From Phycisphaerales bacterium (GTDB lineage Bacteria > Planctomycetota > Phycisphaerae > Phycisphaerales > UBA1924), in contig JAYVRG010000050.1 of NCBI GenBank assembly GCA_043776515.1, positions 138-64,137 of the forward strand: a DNA stretch of 64,000 nt. Reading direction: 5' to 3'. The notes under the pieces are model-generated. The model saw only the letters and a list, made by a program, of their open reading frames with translations. It ran no database searches and was not told where the DNA came from. How positions within the stretch are numbered: the stretch's first letter is position 1; the number at the start of each line of letters is the position of its first letter. Of the stretch, positions 1-8,818 are shown piece after piece. Position numbers and translations under genes: made by a program.

Positions 1-63
1 GTCGATGCGCTTCGCGATCGTGGCTTGAATCTCCGCCAGCCGTTCCGCCCGTTCGCGTGTCAT
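1..63 (-). CDS. 5' end (21 codons, MTRERAERLAEIQATIAKRID) of an unidentified gene that runs off the window
   Basis: Minus-strand ATG at 63-61 preceded by GAGGAAAGAG (Shine-Dalgarno-like, 73-64). Third codon positions are G/C-rich. Too short for a product call. Confidence 0.3.
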   Translation of the reverse strand, partial: MTRERAERLAEIQATIAKRID

Positions 64-222
64 CTCTTTCCTCGTCTGCCCGCACGAGAAGCACAAGAAC
101 AGGCACATTGCCACCACACCCACCGCAATCAACACCATCCGCATAAAGACTTCCTCTCAATAAGCATCTCTACCCATCTAACTCTACGACCCACCCCAAC
201 GCCTCCGTTTCCCTCGTCCGCT

Positions 223-361
223 CTCAAATCTGAAATTTGAAATTTCCCCTCCACTTCCCACTCCCTGCTACTTCCTCCGCCGCGCCCCCCTCTCCCCTTC
301 CCCTCTCAAATTTCAAATTTGAAATTTCCCCCGCCTTCCCCTCCCCACTCCCTCGTCCTCC
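223..361. repeat. Tandem duplication (about 82-87 bp period) of a C/T-rich module, each copy with an AT-rich palindromic core, directly upstream of the MIP channel gene
   Basis: Copy 1 at 223-278 (tctcaaatctgaaatttgaaatttcccc...cactccctgctacttcctc) aligns by eye with copy 2 at 305-361 (tctcaaatttcaaatttgaaatttccccc...cactccctcgtcctcc). Confidence 0.7.
309..328. promoter_or_regulatory. Perfect 20-nt palindrome AAATTTCAAATTTGAAATTT, candidate operator or promoter element for the MIP channel gene
   Basis: The sequence equals its own reverse complement and is AT-rich inside a GC-rich genome. It lies 46-73 nt upstream of the candidate starts 374 and 401. A degenerate copy (aaatctgaaatttgaaattt) is at 227-246. 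Confidence 0.4.
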
Positions 362-400
362 CGATTTGGTACCATGCTCCCCACCACCCGGAGCCCCCTC

Positions 401-1069
401 ATGAACAAACTCCTCACCGAGTTCATCGGCACCTTCTTCCTCGTCCTCACCATCGCCCTCGCCAGCACCTTCACCAGCCCCATCACCCCCATCATCATCG
501 GCTGCGGGCTCATGGTCATGGTCTACATGGGCGGCCCCATCTCCGGCGCTCACTACAACCCCGCCGTCACCCTCGCCGTCTTCATGCGCGGCAAGATCAA
601 GCTCGAACAGGCCATCCCCTATGTCGTCGTCCAACTCCTCGGCGCGTTCTGCGGCGCGGCCATCGCCTACCACCTTTCCGCCACCCACGATCCCGCCGGC
701 ACAACCGTCGGCCACCTCCTCATCGTCGCCCCCGCGCCCGCGTACACCATCATGCAGGCCCTCGGCGCGGAGATCCTCTGGACCTTCGCCCTCGCGCTCG
801 TCGTTCTCAACGTCGCCACCGTCAAGCAGACCGCGGGCAACTCCTACTACGGCGTCGCCATCGGCATGACCGTCGCCGCGGGCGCGGCCTGCGCCGGCAA
901 CATCTCCGGCGGCGCGTTCAACCCCGCCGTCGGCGTCGGCTCGCTCCTGGTCGCCGCCACCAAGGGCGCAAGCATCGCACACGCCTGGCTCTACATCGTC
1001 GGCCCCTGCGCCGGCGCGGCCATCGCCGCCCTCGTCTTCAAGATCCAACACGGCACCAGCGCCGACTAA
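401..1069 (+). CDS. MIP/aquaporin-family channel protein
   Basis: ORF 374..1069. The MNKLLTEFIGTFFLVLT start at 401 fits MIP N-termini (alternative ATG at 374). Two NPA boxes are present (SGAHYNPAVTLA and GGAFNPAVGVG), with six hydrophobic segments. Confidence 0.9.
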   Translation: MNKLLTEFIGTFFLVLTIALASTFTSPITPIIIGCGLMVMVYMGGPISGAHYNPAVTLAVFMRGKIKLEQAIPYVVVQLLGAFCGAAIAYHLSATHDPAGTTVGHLLIVAPAPAYTIMQALGAEILWTFALALVVLNVATVKQTAGNSYYGVAIGMTVAAGAACAGNISGGAFNPAVGVGSLLVAATKGASIAHAWLYIVGPCAGAAIAALVFKIQHGTSAD

Positions 1070-1090
1070 GCACAGCCCTCCAAAAATAAA

Positions 1091-1118
1091 ACAGGCCCGC
1101 ACGCGAATGCGGGCCTGT
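1091..1118 (+). terminator. GC-rich hairpin downstream of the MIP channel gene (11-bp stem, 6-nt loop)
   Basis: acaggcccgca cgcgaa tgcgggcctgt sits 22 nt after the TAA. The A-run lies on the 5' side rather than a 3' T-run, so it is not a textbook intrinsic terminator on this strand. Confidence 0.5.
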
Positions 1119-1340
1119 CACATAGGAGGTGGCTCGGGTCAAGCACGCGGCGAGGGCAGACGCCGCAGCGATTCGTGTGACCCGGGTCGGTGATCCTCAT
1201 TGCAACCTCTGTGCCAGCGAAACCCACGGCGATTCGGCCAATAGATGCCGCATGGCGGGCCAGAACGGGCCGCGGGCGCGCTGGGTGGGCCGCGCGGGGT
1301 GGCCCGCACGCGGCATGAGTTTGCGGTACGCTCGGCCGGC

Positions 1341-2612
1341 ATGGCACTCGGACTCAACTCGCAACAGACCAAATCACTCCTGGCCGCGTGGCTTGGGTGG
1401 GCGTTTGATGGACTGGATGGGTTCCTGTATGTGATGGTCGGCTTTCCGTTCGTGACCCAGCTCGTGGCACAGGAGCATGGGATCACCACGGCCGCGATCA
1501 CTGGAAGTGTCGATCTGACCAACGAGGTGACGCGCAAGGCGACGCTGATTCAGGCATTCTTCCTCGTCGGGTGGGCAGTTGGTGGCGCGGTGTTCGGGCG
1601 GATCGGCGATCGGCTGGGGCGTTCGCGCACGCTGACACTCACGGTACTGACATATGCACTGTTCACCGGGCTTTCGTTCTTTGCGCAAACGTGGTGGCAT
1701 CTGCTGATCTTCCGGTTCGTGGCCGCGCTGGGGATCGGCGGTGAGTGGGCGGCGGGGAGCGCGCTGGTGAGCGAGACGGTGCCCAAGCACTGCCGCGCGT
1801 GGGCGAGCGCGCTGCTGCAATCGGGGTACATGGTCGGGTGCATCTCGGCCGCGCTGGCGGCCAGCTGGCTGTCGGGGTTCGAGCCCAAGTGGGTGTTTCT
1901 GATCGGCGTGATACCGGCGTTCGCGACGGTGTGGATCCGCAGCGCGGTGCCCGAGCCGGAGCAGTGGCGCGAGCAGGCGAGGAAGTCCGAGAAACCGCCG
2001 CCGATCTCGTCGCTCTTCTCGCGCGAGCATCTCTCAACGACGATCCTGACGACGCTGCTGACGGGGATCGCGCTGACCACGGTATGGGCGTTCTGGTTCT
2101 TCCTGCCCAAGGCGATCCAGACAATGCCGGAGGTGAAGGGCTGGACGCGCCAGGAAGTGGCCGCGCTGGTGAGCCATGTGACGATCGCGTCGCTGCTGGT
2201 GAACATCGCGGGAAACTTCTTCGCGACGTACCTGGCGAAGTTCACGTCGTACCGGTTCGCGTTCACGTTCCTGTTTGCCACCGGGCTGGCGTGCTTCATG
2301 TTCGGTTTCGCGCGCCCGCTGACGATGGCGACGGTGTATGTGGTGCCGTGCGTGACATCGTTCTTCATCCTCGGCGTGTTCGGGCTGTTTCCGCTGTACG
2401 TGCCGACGCTGTTTCCGACGCTGATCCGGACGCTGGGCGCGGGCGTGACGTACAACGTCGGACGACTCTTCAGCGCGGCGGGCACTTTCGCGGCGGGATG
2501 GCTGACGATCAACGCGCACGGGCCGGAGGGCGCGCTGTGGTGGGTGTCGCTGCTGTATGTGCCGGGGCTGATCGTGACGATGCTCGCGCCGCGGCCGCGG
2601 TATCTGGAGTGA
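1341..2612 (+). CDS. MFS transporter (12-TM type)
   Basis: ORF 1245..2612, with the likely start at MALGLNSQQTK (1341). It has the MFS loop motif GRIGDRLGRSRTL, the segment FRFVAALGIGGEWAAGSALVSE, and many hydrophobic segments. Confidence 0.85.
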   Translation: MALGLNSQQTKSLLAAWLGWAFDGLDGFLYVMVGFPFVTQLVAQEHGITTAAITGSVDLTNEVTRKATLIQAFFLVGWAVGGAVFGRIGDRLGRSRTLTLTVLTYALFTGLSFFAQTWWHLLIFRFVAALGIGGEWAAGSALVSETVPKHCRAWASALLQSGYMVGCISAALAASWLSGFEPKWVFLIGVIPAFATVWIRSAVPEPEQWREQARKSEKPPPISSLFSREHLSTTILTTLLTGIALTTVWAFWFFLPKAIQTMPEVKGWTRQEVAALVSHVTIASLLVNIAGNFFATYLAKFTSYRFAFTFLFATGLACFMFGFARPLTMATVYVVPCVTSFFILGVFGLFPLYVPTLFPTLIRTLGAGVTYNVGRLFSAAGTFAAGWLTINAHGPEGALWWVSLLYVPGLIVTMLAPRPRYLE

Positions 2613-2670
2613 GCGGGGAAGTAGTGCGGGGAGGGGACGTCCTGTTGGGGGAAGCGGGGTGAGAAAGGCA

Positions 2671-2745
2671 TTCGGGCCGCGGCGTCCCGAACACGGCTCG
2701 GAGAGCCGTGCCACCCAGGCACATGGGCGGGACGCCCATGCCACG
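2671..2745. repeat. REP-like cluster of three GC-rich hairpins between convergent genes
   Basis: The three hairpins are ttcgggccgcggcgtcccgaa, cacggctcggagagccgtg and catgggcgggacgcccatg followed by ccacgg. The last hairpin is the family-2 unit seen at 10927, 20789, 39392, 53878, 60634 and 62496. Confidence 0.8.
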
Positions 2746-2748
2746 GAA

Positions 2749-4041
2749 TCAGTGGGACTTGGGCTGGGGGAAGTTGTAGTCGGTGAGGTTGGGGAGGACG
2801 TAGATGTAGACGAAGGTGGGCATGCCACCGGTCGCGGCGTCACCCTGCTTGGGGGCGCAGACGATGTAGCGGCGCTTCTCGGGGATGAAGACGCTGGTGC
2901 GGGCTCCGGGGGCGGTGTCCACCTGGTGTTCGACGCGCCAGCCGACCTGCGGAGCGAACGCCTCGATCTGGGCCACCTTGGCCTTGAGTTCGGTCTGCTC
3001 GCGCAGGAGCTTGGCTTTTTCTGCCTCCGCCACGTTGCCCTCCAGCAAGGTCTTGATCAGGGCGAGGCGCACGGTTTCGGTGGCGGTGTTGGCAGGAATG
3101 ACGGGCTTGTCCCAGAGCATGGAGATCTGGCCGCCGGGCTGGCCGCAACTGACGTAGACGCGCCGGCCCATGGGGTCCCACCAGCAGTCTGCGGCATCGG
3201 CGCCGATGTCCAAGCGGTTGATCTCGGTGCCGTCATTCGAGTTCAGGATGAGAAGCTTGGTTGGGTTGCGACAGGCGACAAAGAGGCGGGCGTTCTGGTC
3301 GTCCAGAGCCATCGGCGCGGGCATGGTGGCGTCTTTGAGATCCCAAGTGGTGGTAGTCTTGAACTCGGCGCGATCGACGACGAGGATCTGGTTTTTGCTG
3401 GCGATGCTGACGAAGATGCGCGAGGAGCCGGGGTCGATGACGATGCCCTTGGTGGGGCCGGGGAGCTCGAGGGACTTCTCGCACTTGGTGCCATCGGCGG
3501 GGTTGATCCAACTGAGGAACTTGCCGTGGCCGAAATAGGCCTTTTTGGACTTGGGGTCATAGCGAATCTGATCGGCCTCGCCGGGGAACTGGATGGACTT
3601 CTCGAGAGTAAGCGTGCCGGCGGGGGTGGGCTTGCCGGCGGCATCGGTGCCGGCGGGATTGATGGTGAAGATTTTGACGGAGCCGTCGCCGCCGGTGAGC
3701 ATGAGTTTGCGGAGGTCGGGAACAATGGCGATGCCGGAGGGCTCGTTGAGATCGCGGAGGACCTGGATGCGGGTCATGCCGGAGGGATCCAGGACGATGA
3801 GGACGCCGCTGCGCGGGGCGGCGAAGTACATGCACTGGGTGGTGGGGTCATAGGCGATCGCGCCCATGCGGCCTTCGGGGACGCCGGTGGTGTCGGTCGG
3901 ATCGTTCAGCACGCTGCGCTGGATCATGGGCAGCGCATCCTTGAACATGGAATACGGCTGCGCGAGCGCGGCGGAGCCAGCGGCGAGGCCGACGGTGAGG
4001 GCGAGGAAGAGGGAGCAGCGGCGGAGAGAGGTCGTGAGCAT
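2749..4041 (-). CDS. Secreted beta-propeller repeat protein (YncE/YVTN-like) with a C-terminal coiled-coil tail
   Basis: Signal peptide MLTTSLRRCSLFLALTVGLAAGSAALAQ begins at the internal ATG 4041. Repeated blocks include GIAIVPDLRKLMLTGGDGSVKIF, GIVIDPGSSRIFVS, RLFVACRNPTKLLIL and RVYVSCGQPGG. Confidence 0.7.
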   Translation of the reverse strand: MLTTSLRRCSLFLALTVGLAAGSAALAQPYSMFKDALPMIQRSVLNDPTDTTGVPEGRMGAIAYDPTTQCMYFAAPRSGVLIVLDPSGMTRIQVLRDLNEPSGIAIVPDLRKLMLTGGDGSVKIFTINPAGTDAAGKPTPAGTLTLEKSIQFPGEADQIRYDPKSKKAYFGHGKFLSWINPADGTKCEKSLELPGPTKGIVIDPGSSRIFVSIASKNQILVVDRAEFKTTTTWDLKDATMPAPMALDDQNARLFVACRNPTKLLILNSNDGTEINRLDIGADAADCWWDPMGRRVYVSCGQPGGQISMLWDKPVIPANTATETVRLALIKTLLEGNVAEAEKAKLLREQTELKAKVAQIEAFAPQVGWRVEHQVDTAPGARTSVFIPEKRRYIVCAPKQGDAATGGMPTFVYIYVLPNLTDYNFPQPKSH

Positions 4042-4248
4042 GGGAAATCCTAGCGGGAGGGGGGCGCGGAGGTTGTACGGGCGAGGAGTTGGGAGCGTTC
4101 GATTGGGTCGAAGTGTGTGGAAGTTAGGCGATAGGCACTCTGCACGAGCGGGATTGAGTGTGAGCGTACGGGCACCTGACATCGCGGTGGGTGTCGGCTT
4201 GAGAATCCGCGATCATGGGAGTGTGACACCGCACAAGGAAGGAAGACA

Positions 4249-4290
4249 TCCGGGCCGCGGCGGCCCGGACCACCCACGCGGAGCGTGGGG
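4249..4290. repeat. REP-like double hairpin
   Basis: tccgggccgcggcggcccgga (compare 10907) is followed by ccacccacgcggagcgtggg. The GGACCACCCA tail is shared with 36799-36806 and 39443-39450. Confidence 0.7.
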
Positions 4291-4298
4291 GTACCCAA

Positions 4299-5570
4299 TC
4301 AGGCGGCCATTTGCCGCATGACGCGCAGGAGTTCGAGGAGGTGGGCGTGCGGGGCATCATCCAAGCCGAGGAGGTGGCCGACGGATTCGGGGGTTTCTTT
4401 GGCGGGGGTGAGGGTGCAACTGATCATGCGCTGGCCGTTGGCGGCGTTGATGTAGGCGATGACTTCGCCGCTCTGGCCGGGCTCGACCTCGATCTGCTGG
4501 CCGGAGATTTCCAGGTGCTCGGTGCCGCCGCGGCTCTCGGCGCGGGCGACGCGCTGCATCTGCTCATCCATCATCTCGACGAGCTGGCCCTGCACGGCGT
4601 CGGAGATTTCGTCGGTGTCGCCGATGGAATCGCCAACATCGGCGAAGACGCCGACCATGTCCTGATAGGACTGGCCGGTGGAACGGACGACGCTCTCCAG
4701 ATCGGTGGGCAGCACCTCGAAGAGGCGCTGCGCGATGGAGGACATGGGGGCGCGGGTGGTGGGCTGGCTGTTCTTCTCGTTGAGCTGCACCGCGCCGACG
4801 TAAAAGGCGATGCGGTGGAGGAGGACCGCGGGATCGACGCTCTTGCCGACCTGCGGGGCGGTGTGGTGGGAGCAGATGGGGCGGGCGAGGATGGCGGGGA
4901 GCTTCCAGCGCGTGACGAGCGCGGTGACGACATCGGCGTGGGTGAACTCCAGCTGGGCGTATTCGGCGAGGTGGAGTTTGTGGGGGTTGCGGTTGTGGGC
5001 GTGCAGGGTTTCGTACTGCTCGCCGAGGAGGCGGGCCATGATGGGCTGGCCGCAGTCGAGCATGAGGCCGACGATGAAGGCCTCGGGCGCGAGGTGCGGA
5101 CAGATGGCCTTGGCCATGGCGGAGGCGAGGGAGGCGCGGTAGACGGACTCGCCCCAGACCTTGCGGCCCATGGTGCGTGCGCCCGCGCTGGCGGCGGAGC
5201 GGCTGAGAAAGAAACCGAGGGAGACGGCCTTGGTTTTTTCGATGCCGAGAATGACGAGGGCGCGTTCGAGTCGGGTGACTGGCTGGCGCTGCGCGTAGAA
5301 GGCGGAGTTGGCGAGCCGCAGGATGCGCGCGGTAATGGCGGCGTCGAGCCGGATGGCTTCCAGATAGTCCTTGATCTGGGCGTCGGGATGCTGGGCGAGT
5401 TCGAGCAGACGCTGCGCGATCTTGGGTTGAGACTCCACGCCGACGCGATCCAGCTGCCGATTGAGGCGCGCGTACAGCGACTCAAGCTCATTGGGGGGCA
5501 GATCTTTGCGAAGCGTCGGCACTCGGAGAATCCTCGACAACGCGGGCCGCGGAAACGGCCTGCACTTCAT
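4299..5570 (-). CDS. HDOD domain-containing signalling protein
   Basis: IAQRLLELAQHPDAQIKDYLEAIRLDAAITARILRLANSAFYAQRQPVTRLERALVILGIEKTKAVSLGF matches the HDOD signature. Confidence 0.8.
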   Translation of the reverse strand: MKCRPFPRPALSRILRVPTLRKDLPPNELESLYARLNRQLDRVGVESQPKIAQRLLELAQHPDAQIKDYLEAIRLDAAITARILRLANSAFYAQRQPVTRLERALVILGIEKTKAVSLGFFLSRSAASAGARTMGRKVWGESVYRASLASAMAKAICPHLAPEAFIVGLMLDCGQPIMARLLGEQYETLHAHNRNPHKLHLAEYAQLEFTHADVVTALVTRWKLPAILARPICSHHTAPQVGKSVDPAVLLHRIAFYVGAVQLNEKNSQPTTRAPMSSIAQRLFEVLPTDLESVVRSTGQSYQDMVGVFADVGDSIGDTDEISDAVQGQLVEMMDEQMQRVARAESRGGTEHLEISGQQIEVEPGQSGEVIAYINAANGQRMISCTLTPAKETPESVGHLLGLDDAPHAHLLELLRVMRQMAA

Positions 5571-5896
5571 GGTGGCCCAAGCGGCGGCGCACCGTGTGCG
5601 CCGAAACAGGGGGGTTGCTGGAACTAAGATCGACCCGAGCGCGGGGCGGGTTCATGTTGGGTTCGGGGAATCCACGGCGGGACGGGTGAACACCGAGGAG
5701 GGAGAGTCCGAGAACTGGGCAGCTGCAAGATCGATCAGCACGCAGAGGTACGCCGAGGTCGCGCAGGGGATCGCGGAGAAGAAGTCGTGGATTACGGCGT
5801 CAGCACTCCGCTCTTTCTGCGAAGCTGCGAGTACTGGTTTACAGGACTTTGCGTGTGCGCTGGTCCTAGAACCGGATGGCATGTGAGGGCGGGCAA

Positions 5897-6649
5897 TCAG
5901 GGTTGCAGGCGGGTGCAGGACCACGGGGAGGATGCGAGATAGGTGGCCGGAGCGGCGGCGGGTTCGGGGCGAAGCGTGCGGGTCCACGCGGCGCGATCGT
6001 GGAGGCGGCCCGCGCCAGCGCACCAGAACTCGATGCGCTCGGCGTGCAGGCGGAAGCCGCCCCAGTGCGGCGGGCGCGGGATGTTCACGACGGCATCGCG
6101 CGCCGGTGGATGTGCAGGGTCGATGCCGAAGCGGCGCAGAGTGGCATCCAGTTTGGCTTCGAGCGCGGCGCGGGTGGCGATGGGCTGGGATTGATCGCTG
6201 GACCAGGCACCAATGCGACTGAGCCACGGGCGCGAGGCGAAGTAGGCGTCGCTCTCGGCGGCGGGGCTGCGGACGACGGGGCCTTCGATGCGAACCTGGC
6301 GATCCTGATGATCCCAGTGAAACACGGCCGAGGCGCGATGGGTGGCGAGGAGTTCGCGGCCCTTGCGGCCGTGTTCATTGGTATAGAAAACAATGTGGCC
6401 GGAGTCCAGGTCCATGCCCTTGCAGAGGACGATGCGTGCGCTGGGGCGGCCGGAGGGATCGACGGTGGCGAGCGTCAGGGCGTTGGGGTTGGGCTGATTC
6501 TTGAGCTGTTGCGCGGCGGTGAACCAAAGGTGGAAGAGGGGGAAGGGATCGGCGGGGAGAGGGTTGGGGAGGAGTTCGCCCTCGGAGGGAGGGTGGGTGG
6601 ATTGGTTGGATTGGTCGGCGGGGCCGAGGTTGGAGAGATGGTCGGGCAT
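5897..6649 (-). CDS. pdxH: Pyridoxamine 5'-phosphate oxidase
   Basis: Motifs LATVDPSGRPSARIVLCKGMD, VFHWDHQDRQVRIEG and HWGGFRLHAERIEFWCAGAGRLHDR are present. The start is set at the internal ATG 6649 (MPDHLSNLG); the upstream part of ORF 5897..7057 is Arg/His-rich junk. Confidence 0.9.
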   Translation of the reverse strand: MPDHLSNLGPADQSNQSTHPPSEGELLPNPLPADPFPLFHLWFTAAQQLKNQPNPNALTLATVDPSGRPSARIVLCKGMDLDSGHIVFYTNEHGRKGRELLATHRASAVFHWDHQDRQVRIEGPVVRSPAAESDAYFASRPWLSRIGAWSSDQSQPIATRAALEAKLDATLRRFGIDPAHPPARDAVVNIPRPPHWGGFRLHAERIEFWCAGAGRLHDRAAWTRTLRPEPAAAPATYLASSPWSCTRLQP

Positions 6650-6673
6650 GTTGAGGGAAGAGTATCGGGTGGG

Positions 6674-6712
6674 AAGAAGGCATCGAGGCATTGAGGCACA
6701 AGGCATCAAGGC
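6674..6712. repeat. 8-nt-period microsatellite (GGSATCRA x4) preceded by GAAGAAGG
   Basis: gaagaaggcatcgaggcattgaggcacaaggcatcaagg is homologous to 15613-15656. It lies in the pdxH-dnaB divergent intergenic region. Confidence 0.7.
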
Positions 6713-6832
6713 GGGGGAAGGGCACTGTGGGCTGTCGGTCGTGTGGGAATCCGTATCCAATGACTGCACGCTTGATGTCGATTGGGGCAGAAAGGGGCGA
6801 GAACGGGGGTGAAGGAGGGGTAGCATCGGCGC

Positions 6833-8539
6833 ATGGCAGAAGGAACGGAGTTCATACAGGAAGCAAAGCCGCAACGCGACCGTGGGGGGAAGCGGGAGCG
6901 GGTGGTGTTGCCGCTGGATAAGTTGTTTGACAAGCCGCCGCCACATGCGCCGCTGGCGGAGATGTCGCTGCTGGGGGCGATGATTCTTGAGCCGTCGGTG
7001 ATCCATGATGTGATCTCGATCTTGAAGGATTCGCGGGCGTTTTATTTGGAGGCGCACGCGGCGATTTACGCCGCGCTGGTGAAGACGTATGACCAGAAGC
7101 AGGCCGGAAATCTGGTGCTACTGGCGGAGTCGCTGGCGGACACGGAACAACTGAAGGATGTCGGGGGCGTCAAGTATTTGGAGAAGCTGGCGGCGGAGAC
7201 GCCGGGGCCGGCGACGGCGGTGCATTTCGCCAAGATGGTGGCGGACAAGTATCGGCTGCGGAAGCTGATCGCGGCGGGCGGGCAGATCGTGTACGACGCG
7301 TATCACGCGGGAGACATGGGGCCGGATGGGTCGCGGGAGATCATCGACGCGGCGGAGGCGCTGGTGTTCGAGATCGCGCAGGCGGAGGAGACATCCGATG
7401 CGCAGTCGCTGGCGCATCTGGTGGAGCAGGAGTATCAGCGGCTGCTGGCGCTGCAGGGGAAGGGGTTCAGCGGAATCCCCACGCACTTCAAGGATCTGGA
7501 TGAGATCACGACCGGGATACAGCCGGGGGACATGATTATTCTGGCGGCAAGACCATCGATGGGCAAAACCGCTATGGCGCTGAACCTGGCGGAGCAGGTG
7601 GCGATGGGCGGGACGCCGTGGAGCTCGCAGCGGACGGCGCCGATGCCGGTGGCGTTTTTCTCATTGGAAATGTCCAAGAGCGCGATCGCGCAACGCATGT
7701 TGAGCGCGCGATCGGGGTTCAGTTCGCACGACATGCGCTCGGGGAAGCTGCGCGATGTGGACTATGACCGGCTGGGGGAGGCGATGTATGAGCTGCACGA
7801 GGCGCCGGTGTTTATCGATGACACGCCGGGGCTGACGGTGCTGGGGCTGCGCACGCGGGCGCGCCGGCTGGTGTCGCAGCATGGGATCAAGTGCATCTTC
7901 ATCGACTACTTGCAGCTGATGACCGCGCCGGGATCGGCGAAGGAATCGCGGCAGGTGGAGGTGGCGGCTATCTCACGCGGGGTGAAGGGGCTGGCGCGGG
8001 AGTTGAATGTGCCGGTAATCTGTTTGAGTCAGTTGAATCGCGGGGCGGAGAATCGCGGGGATAATCGGCCGCGGATGAGTGATCTGCGCGAGTCGGGGTC
8101 GATCGAGCAGGACGCGGACGTGGTGGCGCTGTTGCACCGCGAGGCGTACTACCACGTCGGCGATCAGCAATGGCTACAAGAGAACGAGAGCAAGGTGAAC
8201 GAGGCGGAGCTGATTATTGCGAAGCAGCGCAACGGGCCGACGGACTCGATCAGACTAACGTGGGACGCGAGCACGACACGGTTCAAGGACTACGGGAACT
8301 TTTCGGGCGGCACGGGGCTGTCGGGCGGATATTCGGCGCCGGGGCCGGCGCGGCGAGGTGGCGGTGGAGGTGGCGGTGGTGCGAGTACCGGAGCAGCCGC
8401 GCCGCAAGATCCGTTCTCAACGACCGTCCCTGTTGTGCCGTTCTCGCCGGGGAAGAAGACGGGGCCGATTGAGAATCATCGGGATGGTGGCGGGCCGGAT
8501 AAGGATGATGATGGGGCGGATGTGGGGCTGCCGGAATGA
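6833..8539 (+). CDS. dnaB: Replicative DNA helicase DnaB with a Gly-rich C-terminal tail
   Basis: Walker A GDMIILAARPSMGKTAMALNLA, Walker B CIFIDYLQLM, LRESGSIEQDADVVALLHRE and ELIIAKQRNGPT are present. About 90 extra low-complexity residues follow ...TTRFKDY. Confidence 0.95.
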   Translation: MAEGTEFIQEAKPQRDRGGKRERVVLPLDKLFDKPPPHAPLAEMSLLGAMILEPSVIHDVISILKDSRAFYLEAHAAIYAALVKTYDQKQAGNLVLLAESLADTEQLKDVGGVKYLEKLAAETPGPATAVHFAKMVADKYRLRKLIAAGGQIVYDAYHAGDMGPDGSREIIDAAEALVFEIAQAEETSDAQSLAHLVEQEYQRLLALQGKGFSGIPTHFKDLDEITTGIQPGDMIILAARPSMGKTAMALNLAEQVAMGGTPWSSQRTAPMPVAFFSLEMSKSAIAQRMLSARSGFSSHDMRSGKLRDVDYDRLGEAMYELHEAPVFIDDTPGLTVLGLRTRARRLVSQHGIKCIFIDYLQLMTAPGSAKESRQVEVAAISRGVKGLARELNVPVICLSQLNRGAENRGDNRPRMSDLRESGSIEQDADVVALLHREAYYHVGDQQWLQENESKVNEAELIIAKQRNGPTDSIRLTWDASTTRFKDYGNFSGGTGLSGGYSAPGPARRGGGGGGGGASTGAAAPQDPFSTTVPVVPFSPGKKTGPIENHRDGGGPDKDDDGADVGLPE

Positions 8540-8565
8540 GACCCGTTGGGTGCGGGCTGGCATTC

Positions 8566-8682
8566 GTGCCACGGGTTCGCCGCCGCTTTGGGCGGCAACC
8601 CGTGCGATGTTCGTTGGGCATCGTGCGCTCCCTTCGCGCATCACGGGTTGCCCGCTCAGGGCAGCGGGCGAACCCGTGGCAC
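8566..8682. mobile_element. Family-1 REPIN-like element (117 nt: two inverted REP hairpins plus a central small hairpin)
   Basis: The left arm is GTGCCACGGGTTCGCCgccgctttgGGCGGCAACCCGTG. The spacer has a TGCGC-tcccttc-GCGCA hairpin. The right arm is CACGGGTTGCCCgctcagggcagcGGGCGAACCCGTGGCAC. It is about 88 percent identical by eye to the reverse complement of 31638-31755. Confidence 0.85.
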
Positions 8683-8818
8683 GGGCGTGCTCCGTGGAAT
8701 GGACATAGAATCTGATGAGGTGTCAGATGTGCCTGCACGTTTCGATCCAACTCCCAGCCGACCTTGAGGAACACATTCGGCGCGAGGTTGTCGATCTGGA
8801 CAGCGTTGCGAGAAAGGA

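Noticed and set aside
224-1102. Long antisense or alternative-frame ORFs overlapping well-supported genes. Examples are 224..1102(-), 4311..5627(+), 21952..23367(-), 47345..49510(+) and 50139..52478(-).
   Set aside because: Their translations are Arg/Pro/Gly/Ala-rich low complexity with no motifs. They shadow genes that have clear family signatures. This is typical of high-GC genomes, where stop codons are rare in all frames.
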